NCBI GenBank assembly: GCA_050013475.1 | Contig: JBEKFE010000002.1 | Location: forward strand, 221,910-285,909 | DNA from: Bacteroidales bacterium | GTDB taxonomy: Bacteria > Bacteroidota > Bacteroidia > Bacteroidales > VadinHA17 | Reading direction: 5' to 3' | Length of the DNA stretch: 64,000 bases | Shown here: positions 55,305 through 64,000 of the stretch, in pieces | How the letters are laid out: every line of letters starts with the position of its first letter | Position numbering within the stretch: position 1 is the first letter of the stretch | The notes under the pieces: model-generated | Database searches by the model: none | What the model was told of the DNA's origin: nothing | The model's input: the letters and a program-made list of their open reading frames with translations, nothing else | Translations under genes and position numbers: made by a program

Positions 55305-56585
55305 TTACTCAAAATCTATATATGCATACTTGAAACACATTGTAATTGATTTATATTGATTTACAAAATCTTTACCAATATTACCGTACAAACTGGGGTT
55401 TAAAATATTTTTTTCAAGGGCAATAAAAGTATTATTTAAAATAAAACTTTTTGAACCGCACTCCAACTTAATTTCGGGCAGTAATTTAGCCTTTTCAGTA
55501 AGAGTACCTCCCACGCTTGAATATGATAAAACAGTATCTTTCAGTGTTTTGAAATTCATCGAATCCAGATCGTACATGTTTTTATAAAAACTTGTATTTG
55601 AATTCCCTGTATCAAAGAAAAACGGAAGTTTTATATTTTTATAGGCAACATCTATAATATAATCATCGCCTTTGATAAACAGGTTCGGATTATTGGTTTT
55701 AGCAGCTGGATTTTTAGAAATGTATATAATTGAGTCGGTAAAGCGAACAGATTCGAAGCGCATGATAATAGGAAAACCGATAACCCCATGAATCTTGTAT
55801 CTCCCATTGGCAAAGGTCAACAGGCTATCGGGAAAAACAATGAATTCTGCATTTTTAAATTCAATATTTTCGATAGATCCCTGATCGGCAATAGCAATTT
55901 TAGAAGCATTTCGGATACCTGTTGAGCCCATTACGTATACAACTGCTTTTGGCAGTATCCTGAGATTTAACTTTTTAGCAGTTGATTCACTTACAACATT
56001 TACATTAGCTCCTGTGTCGAAGATCATATTAACGGTCGAATCGTTTTTACTTTTCACGCGAAGTAAATCATAGCCTGCCAGATCTTTTATAACTTTAATT
56101 TTAGTATCTGTATTCTTTATAACCGTAGTAGGTAATTGATTCTCTAAGAACCCAAATGCAACATTATCATCTTTCAGTTCGACAAAATCGGTGGAATCAA
56201 TAAATCGTTTATAATTCTCAATTAAATTCTTACTTAATTCTTTCAATTTTTTATAATTAAGTAGCTTCTGGTTATTGTAATATTCAGTTTGAACCAAATT
56301 ATAATTTACAGTGTCACTGAATTTGTTAAATTGTTCGCGAAATTCTTGAATCAAAGCGTTTGATTCCTCAGGTTGGTTCAAAACCGACTTCAAAATAAGA
56401 TCATAATAAATCAAGCTTTTATCATTATAAATATTCCTGTTGGCAAACAGCTCGGTGTACAGTTCGCCGAATTTTTTACTATCAGCAAGATCATTCAATT
56501 TTTTAATTGGCTGAAATACTTTTGTACATGCTATTCCAGTACATAAAACCATGAAAACGAGGCATATCCTAATTATTTTTTCCAT
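55305..56585 (-). CDS. Secreted/lipoprotein aspartic protease with two retropepsin-like DTG domains
   Basis: 426 aa with a signal/lipobox (LCTGIAC). Active-site-like motifs are MIFDTGANVNVV and FFFDTGNSNTSF. GC is far lower than in neighbouring genes; three hand-counted 60-nt lines gave 18-37%. Confidence 0.7.
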   Translation of the reverse strand: MEKIIRICLVFMVLCTGIACTKVFQPIKKLNDLADSKKFGELYTELFANRNIYNDKSLIYYDLILKSVLNQPEESNALIQEFREQFNKFSDTVNYNLVQTEYYNNQKLLNYKKLKELSKNLIENYKRFIDSTDFVELKDDNVAFGFLENQLPTTVIKNTDTKIKVIKDLAGYDLLRVKSKNDSTVNMIFDTGANVNVVSESTAKKLNLRILPKAVVYVMGSTGIRNASKIAIADQGSIENIEFKNAEFIVFPDSLLTFANGRYKIHGVIGFPIIMRFESVRFTDSIIYISKNPAAKTNNPNLFIKGDDYIIDVAYKNIKLPFFFDTGNSNTSFYKNMYDLDSMNFKTLKDTVLSYSSVGGTLTEKAKLLPEIKLECGSKSFILNNTFIALEKNILNPSLYGNIGKDFVNQYKSITMCFKYAYIDFE

Positions 56586-56758
56586 AGTTTAATTTTTCTA
56601 GTTAAAGATCTGAAAAAAGTCCTTCTAATTATTAATTTTTCTGAAAGGTATTAAAATAGAGGGAATAAGAGATATCAAACTACTCTTTTTACATCATTTT
56701 CAGTGCAAAAATGATACGGGCAAAGAATAACTATTTGAGATTCTGTCACTCCTTTTCG

Positions 56759-56944
56759 AAGTGAGAAGATTGCCCTGACACTCACTTCGTTCGGTCAGGG
56801 AGGGCGGACTTCCAATAAGCGACTTAAAAGAAAAAGCCTATCATTCTCTGCGCAAGTGAGAAGATTGCCCTGACGCTCACTTCGTTCGGTCAGGGCGGAC
56901 TTCCAGGAAGTCACCTCAAAGAAAAAGCCTATAATTCGCTGCGC
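56759..56944. repeat. Two tandem ~93-nt repeats, each with interleaved inverted repeats (pseudoknot topology)
   Basis: Unit 1 is 56759-56853 and unit 2 is 56854-56944. The shared core is aagtgagaagattgccctgac(a/g)ctcacttcgttcggtcaggg..cggacttcca...aaagaaaaagcctat.att..ctgcgc. Confidence 0.9.
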
Positions 56945-56952
56945 TCATTCAC

Positions 56953-57013
56953 GGGCTTTATTGTTTGCTCCAAACCTCAGGCTAGCCTGGGTTTGTTTCA
57001 AACAATAAAGCCC
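56953..57013. other. 61-nt extended hairpin
   Basis: gggctttattgtttg (56953-67) pairs perfectly with caaacaataaagccc (56999-57013). An inner imperfect stem is ccaaacctcagg/cctgggtttg. Confidence 0.8.
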
Positions 57014-57039
57014 GGCACTTTCGTGCCAGGCTTTTTCTT
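57011..57039 (-). terminator. Terminator hairpin immediately 3' of tRNA-Pro (T-runs on both strands)
   Basis: agcccggcac-tttc-gtgccaggct forms a 10-bp stem with one mismatch. It is followed by CTTTATTGTTT on the minus strand and CTTTTTCTTT on the plus strand. Confidence 0.75.
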
Positions 57040-57115
57040 TGGTCGGGGTGAGAAGACTCGAACTTCCGGCCCCCACGTCCCGAACGTGGTACGCTACCAA
57101 CTGCGCTACACCCCG
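57040..57115 (-). tRNA. tRNA-Pro (anticodon CGG), CCA encoded
   Basis: Hand fold of the reverse strand gives cggggtg-ta-gcgc-agttggta-gcgt-a-ccacg-ttCGGga-cgtgg-gggcc-ggaag-ttcgagt-cttct-caccccg-a-cca. The acceptor stem pairs perfectly. Confidence 0.92.
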
Positions 57116-57290
57116 TAGTATCCACCGAAGCCTTGGCGAAGGTGGACTGCCTTTAAAGTAATCCCAGTTAATATCGAGATGGGAGGACTTTTATAAGGAT
57201 TACAAAAGTAATTATTCTTCTTTCAATACAAAAGATTTTATGATCTTTGTCTCCTGCTACCGGCCACTGTATTTATATTATCCGGAAACC

Positions 57291-58481
57291 ATGACCAACT
57301 ATAACAGGATCTCATCTATCGATATTATGCGGGGCCTTACGATCCTGCTTATGCTCTTCGTAAACGATCTTAATATGGCCAAAGTCCCTGCATGGCTGGG
57401 ACACATGGAGGCTGATCTTGACGGGATGGGCCTTGCTGACTGGGTATTCCCGGGCTTCCTGTTCATCGTCGGTCTGGCAATCCCATTATCAATTTCCAAA
57501 AGGTTGTCTGCAGGTGATGGCACAAAACAGATCAGCAGGCATATCCTTATCCGCACGATCAGTCTTATCATCATCGGAGTACTTATGCTTAACTCTGAAA
57601 GGGTCAATCCTGAATTTACCGGTATGAGCAGAAACCTGTGGACCCTGCTGACGTACATTGGCGTCTTTCTCACCTGGAATGATTATGCCGATAAGGAGAA
57701 CAGATTCTTTACAGTTACCGGATTCAGGCTTTTTGGAATAGCCATTCTTTGCTTCCTGGTTCTTAAATTCAGATCCGGACACCTGGAAAACAACGGGTCA
57801 TTGATCACAGGCTGGTGGGGAATTCTGGGACTGATCGGCTGGGGTTACCTTGTATCAGCCTTTGCCTACCTTTTCTTCCGGGATTCGATACTTAAAACTT
57901 CGCTGCTGGCAATGCTATTTCTTATCCTGAATATTCTCACCGGATCGAATATCCTGAAGATAAAGGGTGTATTTGATATGGTATTTGGTATTGTCATCCA
58001 GGGGAATGTTCCCTTCCTTGTTCTGACAGGAATGGTGGCCGGACTTATCCTTCGAAAAGCTCAGGAAGAAGGATCGAGAAAACTCATCCTGTTTTTTATT
58101 CCCATCGGGATAATCTTTGTGCTGGGAGGATTTATTCTCAGGCACTGGTTCATTATTTCCAGGATCAAAGCTACCCCGAGCTGGGGATTGATCTGCAGCG
58201 GGATAAGCTTTATTGTTTTTATTATTATTTATTTTATCTCCGATGTGAAAAAGCTGACTGCCTGGGCTGCATTTATGAGACCCGCAGGCGAAAATGCACT
58301 TACGACATCCCTTTCCCCGGAAATAATATATTACCTCATCTGGATATCCGGTATACCGGTGCTGATATACAAGGAAGCATCAAATGCCCTTTTTGTCATA
58401 GCGGGTTCAATCGTATGGGCTCTGCTGATGGCAGGACTTACAGCAATCCTGGTACGGCTGAATATAAAACTGAAACTCTGA
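57291..58481 (+). CDS. Polytopic acyltransferase-like membrane protein (DUF5009 / heparan-alpha-glucosaminide N-acetyltransferase-like)
   Basis: N-terminus RISSIDIMRGLTILLMLFVND, followed by about 10 more TM helices. I moved the start to ATG 57291. Confidence 0.6.
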   Translation: MTNYNRISSIDIMRGLTILLMLFVNDLNMAKVPAWLGHMEADLDGMGLADWVFPGFLFIVGLAIPLSISKRLSAGDGTKQISRHILIRTISLIIIGVLMLNSERVNPEFTGMSRNLWTLLTYIGVFLTWNDYADKENRFFTVTGFRLFGIAILCFLVLKFRSGHLENNGSLITGWWGILGLIGWGYLVSAFAYLFFRDSILKTSLLAMLFLILNILTGSNILKIKGVFDMVFGIVIQGNVPFLVLTGMVAGLILRKAQEEGSRKLILFFIPIGIIFVLGGFILRHWFIISRIKATPSWGLICSGISFIVFIIIYFISDVKKLTAWAAFMRPAGENALTTSLSPEIIYYLIWISGIPVLIYKEASNALFVIAGSIVWALLMAGLTAILVRLNIKLKL

Positions 58482-58510
58482 CTTTGCCCCCCGTGATTAA
58501 CAAAATAAAT

Positions 58511-60862
58511 TCATTTCCCTGAGGTGCTCATTGAGAACGGAGCGGCAGAATCTGTTGTTCCTCTTGATCGTGATGGATCCTTATCCATGTAAAAGATCAA
58601 TCTTCCCCCGCTTTTCAGCTCATGGTGCTCAATATAATTCCTGCTTACAATTTTACCTTCGAGACTGATCTTTTTTACATAAACATTTTCATCGCTGTTC
58701 CCCTGTGCTATGATCTTCAGCTTCCTGCCGTTTTCAAAGGTCAGGGTTGCCTTTCTGAATAGCGGTGAGCCGATCACATACTGATCCGTTCCGGGAGTGA
58801 CCGGATAGAACCCGAGGGCTGAGAACACGTACCAGGCTGAGGTCTGACCATTATCCTCATCACCACAATAGCCATCCGGTGTGTAATTGTAAAGTTTTTT
58901 CATAATATCCCTGACGTGAAATTGTGCTTTCCAGGGTTCACCCGAATAGTTATGGAGATAGATCATATGCTGGACAGGTTCATTCCCATGTGCATAATTA
59001 CCCAGATTCATGATCTGCATCTCCCTGATCTCATGAATTACAATCCCATAGTAGGATGTATCAAAAACGGGGGGAACGGTAAAGACAGAGTCCAGTTTTG
59101 CATTGAAAGCCTCCTTACCTCCCATGAGATCCATTAGCCCGGCAATGTCCTGAAAGACACACCATGTATAATGCCAGCTATTTCCCTCAGTGAATGCGTC
59201 ACCCCACTTATAAGGGTTGAAGGGGGACTGGAATGTCCCATCCTTGTTCCTTCCACGCATAAGCTTTCTTCCGGGATCAAATACATTTTTATAGTTCATC
59301 GCCCGTTTTCTGTACAGATCAATTTCAGCCCCTGATCTTTTGAGTTTTGCACCAAGGCGGCTTATGCAGAAATCGGCATAGGCATATTCAAGAGTCCTGG
59401 CTGCATTTTCATTTATACCGACATCATAGGGTACATAGCCCAGGGTATTATAATAATCCGCTCCAAGCCTGCCAACAGAACTTACTGGCCCCGGACCAAA
59501 GGTATTCTTGATGATCGCCCTGTACAAAGTATCGATATCATAACCCCTGATACCCTTTAAGTACGCATCAGTAATGAGGGAAGCCGAATTGGAACCTATC
59601 ATGCAGTCGCGATGACCCGGACTGGCCCACTCAGGGAGCCATCCGCTTTCCCTGTATGTATTGACAAGCCCTGCCATGATCTTGCTGGTCAGGTCGGGGT
59701 ACATCAGTGTAAAGAAAGGGAACACCGCCCTGAAAGTATCCCAGAATCCGTTGTCAGTAAACATATAGCCGGGCAGGACCTTCCCATTATATGGGCTGTA
59801 GTGCACTATCTGGTTCTTTTCATCGATCTCATAAAACTGTCTGGGAAACAACAACATCCTGTACAGGCATGAATAAAATGTTCTTGTCTGATCTTCCGTT
59901 CCCCCAGCGACCATGATCCTTCCCATTTGTCTGTTCCATTCTGCCCTGGACTCTTCTTTCTGCTGGTCAAACTGTTTACCACCGATCTCCCGTTTGAGGT
60001 TAAGTTCAGCCTGGGCAGGACTGATGAATGATGAAGCGACCCTTACCTGTATCTTCTCCCCTCTTTTTGTTTTGAATCTGACAATGGCACCTGTGTGATC
60101 ACCTTCCGCTTCACCGACATTCCTGTTAAGAGTATCTCCATGCCATGTATCAGCTGACTCGAATGCCCTGTCAAATACTGCAACAAAATAGTTATGGAAA
60201 TTATCAGGAACTCCGCCATGGTTGTTACGGCAATAGCCTACAATTTTCTTCTCCGATGGTATAACTCTTACCATTGATCCCTTGTTGAAAGCATCAAGGA
60301 TAATATATGAGGAATCACTTTGCGGAAATGTGAACCTGAAGATCGCCGCACGTTCAGATGGAGTTACCTCTGCCGTAACATCATAATCGGCCAGGTAAAC
60401 ACTGTAATAATATGGTTTTGCAACTTCAGCCTTATGCGAGAACCACGATGCTCTGTCGCTTTCTTTGTAAACTTCACGGCCGGTGACAGCCATGAATGAG
60501 AAAGCAGCATAATCGTTGATCCACGGACTTGGCTGATGAGTCTGCTTTATTCCTACTATTTTTTTATCACTATAGGCATATAGCCATCCGCTTGTCATTT
60601 TCCCGGTCTGAGGTGACCAGAAATTCATACCCCAGGGCATTGCGACGGCAGGATAGGTATTCCCGTTCGAAAGGCTGAAATCAGAATCAGTGCCCATGAG
60701 CGGATTGACAAGATCGGCGGGATTGGTTTCATTGCTTTCTGTTTCGGTGGAGCAGCCTCCTCCCGGAATAAAGAGTGCGGCGCAGAGTGCCAGGGACAGG
60801 AATGTCTTGCTGATATATTTATCCAGCCCTCGGGAAAGTTTATAATGATTCTCGGTATCCAT
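58511..60862 (-). CDS. Glycoside hydrolase family 92 alpha-mannosidase (lipoprotein/secreted)
   Basis: 783 aa with GH92-typical blocks: VNPLMGTDSDFSLSNGNTYPAVAMPWGMNFWSPQT, ...GNEP..H..YL, and DEDNGQTSAWYVFSALGFYPV. Confidence 0.88.
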   Translation of the reverse strand: MDTENHYKLSRGLDKYISKTFLSLALCAALFIPGGGCSTETESNETNPADLVNPLMGTDSDFSLSNGNTYPAVAMPWGMNFWSPQTGKMTSGWLYAYSDKKIVGIKQTHQPSPWINDYAAFSFMAVTGREVYKESDRASWFSHKAEVAKPYYYSVYLADYDVTAEVTPSERAAIFRFTFPQSDSSYIILDAFNKGSMVRVIPSEKKIVGYCRNNHGGVPDNFHNYFVAVFDRAFESADTWHGDTLNRNVGEAEGDHTGAIVRFKTKRGEKIQVRVASSFISPAQAELNLKREIGGKQFDQQKEESRAEWNRQMGRIMVAGGTEDQTRTFYSCLYRMLLFPRQFYEIDEKNQIVHYSPYNGKVLPGYMFTDNGFWDTFRAVFPFFTLMYPDLTSKIMAGLVNTYRESGWLPEWASPGHRDCMIGSNSASLITDAYLKGIRGYDIDTLYRAIIKNTFGPGPVSSVGRLGADYYNTLGYVPYDVGINENAARTLEYAYADFCISRLGAKLKRSGAEIDLYRKRAMNYKNVFDPGRKLMRGRNKDGTFQSPFNPYKWGDAFTEGNSWHYTWCVFQDIAGLMDLMGGKEAFNAKLDSVFTVPPVFDTSYYGIVIHEIREMQIMNLGNYAHGNEPVQHMIYLHNYSGEPWKAQFHVRDIMKKLYNYTPDGYCGDEDNGQTSAWYVFSALGFYPVTPGTDQYVIGSPLFRKATLTFENGRKLKIIAQGNSDENVYVKKISLEGKIVSRNYIEHHELKSGGRLIFYMDKDPSRSRGTTDSAAPFSMSTSGK

Positions 60863-60875
60863 ATGTTGAAGGAGT

Positions 60876-61910
60876 TTATTTCAGTAGAATATTCAGTTTT
60901 GTGATCTGCTGATATACCATTTCAGGGGTAAGCCAGTTCATACATGCCAGGTCTCCCCTCCTGCAAATTCCTTTGCCATAAACAGTGCATGGCCGGCATG
61001 TCAGCTCATCTACAGGAATCCTGATCGAGTATTCCTGCGGCTGATTCCATGCACCAAATCCGTTAAACGGATCAGTTCCGCCCCATATTGAAACAACTTT
61101 TATTCCGCAGAGTGCAGCCATATGCATATTCGATGAATCCATTGCGATCATCATGTCAAGCCTGCTTATTATGGCAAGTTCCTCTTCAAGAGAGAGTTTT
61201 CCGCAAAGATTCATTGAACCGGGATTCTTTGAAGCCAGGGAATTGATCTGCTCAATTTCGTCATTACCACCGAAAAACCAGAAACGTACCTGATGATTTG
61301 ATGAAAGAATATTGATAAGCTCCTGCATATATTTTTCAGGCCACATTTTAAGAGGATGTTTTGCGAATGGTGCTATCCCGATATTTTTGACTGCTGAATC
61401 CCCGATTAATTTCTGTGCAATTTCCTCTGCCACATGTGAAACATAAATTGACTTGCCTTTTGAAGGCAGAATTTTCAGACCTGCTGAGGCAAATGTATCG
61501 CAGTACCTTTCGACAGTGTGCTTAAGCTGAACTTTTCGTCGTCCTTTGATAAGGTCGTGCTTCTCTTTTCTTCCCTTATCCACCACACTAACTTGTACTC
61601 CTTTTAGCCTGAATAATAGAGCGAGGATTTTTGTTCTCAGGACGTCGTGAATATCAATGACATGATCTATCTTTCCTATGGCATTAAGATCATTAAAGAG
61701 CCTTATGATCCCCCATAGTCCTTTATGTCTTTCCCTGAAATCGGGATTGAATAGTATTAAGGATCTGTCCTGCCTGAAAAAGGCATTGAACGTTTTCCGT
61801 GTCACAAGGATCGTTTCAACGTCAGGATACTGAGCTTTCAAGGCGTTCAGAACGGGAACCAAGAGGGCAACGTCTCCCATAGCCGATGTGCGGATGACCA
61901 CAATACGCAT
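60876..61910 (-). CDS. Glycosyltransferase family 9 (heptosyltransferase-like)
   Basis: 344 aa. The N-terminus is MRIVVIRTSAMGDVALLVPVLNALK and the C-terminal region contains DSSNMHMAA. Confidence 0.8.
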   Translation of the reverse strand: MRIVVIRTSAMGDVALLVPVLNALKAQYPDVETILVTRKTFNAFFRQDRSLILFNPDFRERHKGLWGIIRLFNDLNAIGKIDHVIDIHDVLRTKILALLFRLKGVQVSVVDKGRKEKHDLIKGRRKVQLKHTVERYCDTFASAGLKILPSKGKSIYVSHVAEEIAQKLIGDSAVKNIGIAPFAKHPLKMWPEKYMQELINILSSNHQVRFWFFGGNDEIEQINSLASKNPGSMNLCGKLSLEEELAIISRLDMMIAMDSSNMHMAALCGIKVVSIWGGTDPFNGFGAWNQPQEYSIRIPVDELTCRPCTVYGKGICRRGDLACMNWLTPEMVYQQITKLNILLK

Positions 61911-61911
61911 T

Positions 61912-62283
61912 TCAGTATTTTTCGTATGATTTTTCCTCGATAAGACCCGAGAGAGTCTTCAGATTGATCTCGCGCTTGATTCCGGACCTTTTATCGTTCA
62001 TGATATAAACCGATCTGGCAGTCTGGATGAAATCCTCTCCAAAATTCTTATTCCGCTCAAGATCGCGGATATGATCCTCAATATCCCACAGTTTGCAGTT
62101 AACTTCATAAAGTGCCTGGTAAAGAGGATCGCTCATTTTCAGTATCGATTTGGCTGCACCTTGCAGAACATCAAATTCCTTTCTCAGGTTGACAAGCTTA
62201 GCTTCGTCTGTTATCCTTTCGAGCTTTATCTGAATTATAGTAAGCTTATCGATTATCTCGCCGCTGGATACATCTATCTTCAT
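61912..62283 (-). CDS. Small helical hypothetical protein coupled to the GT9 gene
   Basis: 123 aa with a 1-nt gap to the GT9 start. The GEIIDKLTIIQIKLERI motif is possibly DUF6165-like; I could not verify this. Confidence 0.5.
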   Translation of the reverse strand: MKIDVSSGEIIDKLTIIQIKLERITDEAKLVNLRKEFDVLQGAAKSILKMSDPLYQALYEVNCKLWDIEDHIRDLERNKNFGEDFIQTARSVYIMNDKRSGIKREINLKTLSGLIEEKSYEKY

Positions 62284-62389
62284 ATATTCTTTGAATAATA
62301 ATCAAATTTATAACTTTTACTTTTATCCCGCAATCCGGGATTTGGCTTCGCCGAGCTCCGCTTCGCTACGGTTCGTAGCTTTGCCCTCA

Positions 62390-62403
62390 ATCTTTTGTCT
62401 TTA
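62390..62403 (-). repeat. Copy of the 3'-end motif TAAAGACAAAAGAT
   Basis: atcttttgtcttta is identical to 4525-4538. It abuts the priA TAG (62404-62406) and provides an in-frame second stop, TAA (62401-62403). Confidence 0.9.
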
Positions 62404-64000
62404 CTAGTACGGATCAACATCAATATTTATCCTCAGGGAAGCTGCCCCTGATATCTTCTCAACCTTATTTACAGCCACAGTTATCAGTTCCCTGGCTCTT
62501 GCCATCGGTTTATCCTTCTCTACTTTTATTAAGATATTTTTGATGTACCAGGATTGAATTCTTGATACAGGAGGGAATTCCGGTCCAAGTACCCGCGCAC
62601 CGAATATTTTTTTCAGGTCATCACCCAGGACGGAGCAAAATTCATTAAGCTTCGATTTGTCCCTGTGTTTCAGTACGATCCTCACGAGGCGGCAGAAGGG
62701 TGGGTAAATGAAAAGTTTCCTTTCTTCAAGCTGTGATTCGTACATTCCCATAAAATCATTATTAAGAACACGCTGTATGACCTTGTTGGCCGGATCGGAG
62801 GTCTGTATTATCACCCTTCCATGCTTCTGTCTTCTTCCTGCCCTTCCGCTCACCTGCGACATCATCTGGAAGGCTCTTTCGTGGGCTCTGAAATCAGGGT
62901 AGTTAAGCATCCCGTCTGCATTAAGTACTCCGACCACTGTCAGGTTTTCGAAATCGAGTCCTTTTGATATCATCTGGGTCCCGATAAGAATATCTGTCTG
63001 ACCATTTTCAAATGCAGAGATGATCTTCTCAACCGAATTTTTATTCCTGGTGGTATCCTGGTCCATCCTTGCAACCTTTGCTTCAGGGAAAACAATCTTT
63101 ATCTCATCCTCGATTTTTTCAGTACCAAAGCCTTTTGTGACAAGGGATATATTCCCGCAGCTTCCGCATTTCGAAGGCATTATGGAAGCCGATCCGCAAT
63201 AGTGGCAGACGAGTCTGTTGATCTCCTTATGGTAAGTAAGGTTCACGGCACACCTGTTGCAGGTTGGTATCCATCCGCACTCCGAACACTCGATGTAGGG
63301 AGAAAACCCTCTTCTGTTTCTGAAAAGAATTATCTGTTCACCCTTTCCAAGCGCTTCATCCATTACATTAAGAAGCTGAGGAGAAAAATGTGAAACCATC
63401 TGTTTCTTCCGGTAGGCTTCCCTGGTATTGGCAATGATAATTTCCGGAAGATTAATTTTCCCGTATCTCTCACCCAGCCAGACATAACCATACCTGCCCG
63501 AAAAGGCGTTATACATGGTTTCAACTGAAGGAGTGGCTGAACCCAGGATCGTCTTCGCTTTCCACATCGAAGCCATCATAATGGCAGAATCCCTGGCATT
63601 GTATCTTGGCGCAGGGTCATGCTGCTTATATGAACTGTCATGCTCTTCATCAATAATGATCAGGCCGGGATCGTGGAATGGAAGGAACAGTGACGACCTG
63701 GCTCCGATAATAAGCCTGATTCCGTTTCCGTTACCAGGTTGTGCCAAGCTGTTCCATATCCCTATCCTTTCTGCATCTGTCAGCCTCGAATGGAAAACAG
63801 CTGTTAATTTTCCGAAATGCCTTCTCAACCGTGTAATTATCTGTGCAGTCAGTGCGATCTCAGGAAGCAGATAAAGAACCTGCTTCCCATTTTTCAGCTG
63901 TTCGTCAATAAGCCTTATGTACAACTCTGTTTTACCGCTGGATGTAACTCCATGAAGCAGAATTATTTCCTTCTCCTTTAATTGTGAGATAATTGACTGA
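62404..64000 (-). CDS. priA: Primosomal protein N' (PriA helicase), 5' end beyond window edge
   Basis: Zinc-binding CxxC pairs are present (CSECGWIPTCNRC, CHYCGS, CGSCG). Hand translation upstream of the track's TTG start continues as ...LLHGVTSSGKTELYIRLIDEQ (Walker A), so the ORF runs to the window edge. Confidence 0.93.
   Translation of the reverse strand, partial: QSIISQLKEKEIILLHGVTSSGKTELYIRLIDEQLKNGKQVLYLLPEIALTAQIITRLRRHFGKLTAVFHSRLTDAERIGIWNSLAQPGNGNGIRLIIGARSSLFLPFHDPGLIIIDEEHDSSYKQHDPAPRYNARDSAIMMASMWKAKTILGSATPSVETMYNAFSGRYGYVWLGERYGKINLPEIIIANTREAYRKKQMVSHFSPQLLNVMDEALGKGEQIILFRNRRGFSPYIECSECGWIPTCNRCAVNLTYHKEINRLVCHYCGSASIMPSKCGSCGNISLVTKGFGTEKIEDEIKIVFPEAKVARMDQDTTRNKNSVEKIISAFENGQTDILIGTQMISKGLDFENLTVVGVLNADGMLNYPDFRAHERAFQMMSQVSGRAGRRQKHGRVIIQTSDPANKVIQRVLNNDFMGMYESQLEERKLFIYPPFCRLVRIVLKHRDKSKLNEFCSVLGDDLKKIFGARVLGPEFPPVSRIQSWYIKNILIKVEKDKPMARARELITVAVNKVEKISGAASLRINIDVDPY

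Noticed and set aside
49946-57115. Whole 7-kb block (HK, RR, permease, protease) as a tRNA-Pro-integrated genomic island
   Set aside because: Only the protease gene is a clear GC outlier by my hand counts. No integrase or excisionase is present, and the only tRNA-derived direct repeat I can see is 9-10 nt. I kept just the narrower observation.

Overview
This 64-kb window looks like chromosome from a Bacteroidota-type bacterium. The signs are DUF4492-cydAB, a T9SS PorQ-like barrel, GH92, FtsX-type permeases next to a sigma-54 two-component pair, cysteine-free L31, and little Shine-Dalgarno usage. Hand-counted lines give roughly 40-48% GC, and most genes lie on the minus strand. I could not run BLAST, HMM or RNA-folding tools, so family names rest on motifs I could read. 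Most content is housekeeping: parA (partial), phospholipid genes pssA/psd/cdsA, cytochrome bd oxidase, ftsH, rsfS, birA, pyrE, coaD, lon, L31, cmk, ispH, pfkA, priA (partial), tRNA-His(GTG) and tRNA-Pro(CGG). There is also an EtfBA / membrane Fe-S oxidoreductase / acyl-CoA dehydrogenase module and a GH92/GT9 glycan block. The most interesting region is 25.2-33.7 kb. A Crp/Fnr regulator is co-transcribed with a fused CcsBA cytochrome c synthase and sits divergent from a haem lipoprotein with 5 CxxCH plus 1 Cx4CH. Next to it is a tight four-gene operon: monohaem lipoprotein, outer-membrane beta-barrel, C-terminally anchored heptahaem cytochrome, and FdnI/HydC-like dihaem cytochrome b. FNR-type palindromes lie in both promoter regions and no catalytic (molybdopterin, Cu, sirohaem) subunit is present. 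I read this as a candidate uncharacterised trans-envelope or quinol-linked electron-transfer system. Other observations: two exact-spacing sigma-54 promoter matches (upstream of lon, and of a secreted aromatic-rich protein operon beside an NtrC/NtrB-like pair). A family of strand-asymmetric short-word repeats sits in transcribed spacers: TAAAGACAAAAGAT at three gene ends, TGCAAGAC octamer arrays just upstream of two ATGs, and about 10.5-bp phased CTCTGYG/CTTTGTG arrays. Two roughly 93-nt tandem repeats with pseudoknot-type interleaved stems lie beside tRNA-Pro. A very low-GC double-DTG aspartic protease gene, an unannotated 43-aa membrane ORF after cydAB, and a tRNA-His with two U:U acceptor-stem mismatches complete the list. 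I saw no CRISPR array, transposase, integrase or rRNA.
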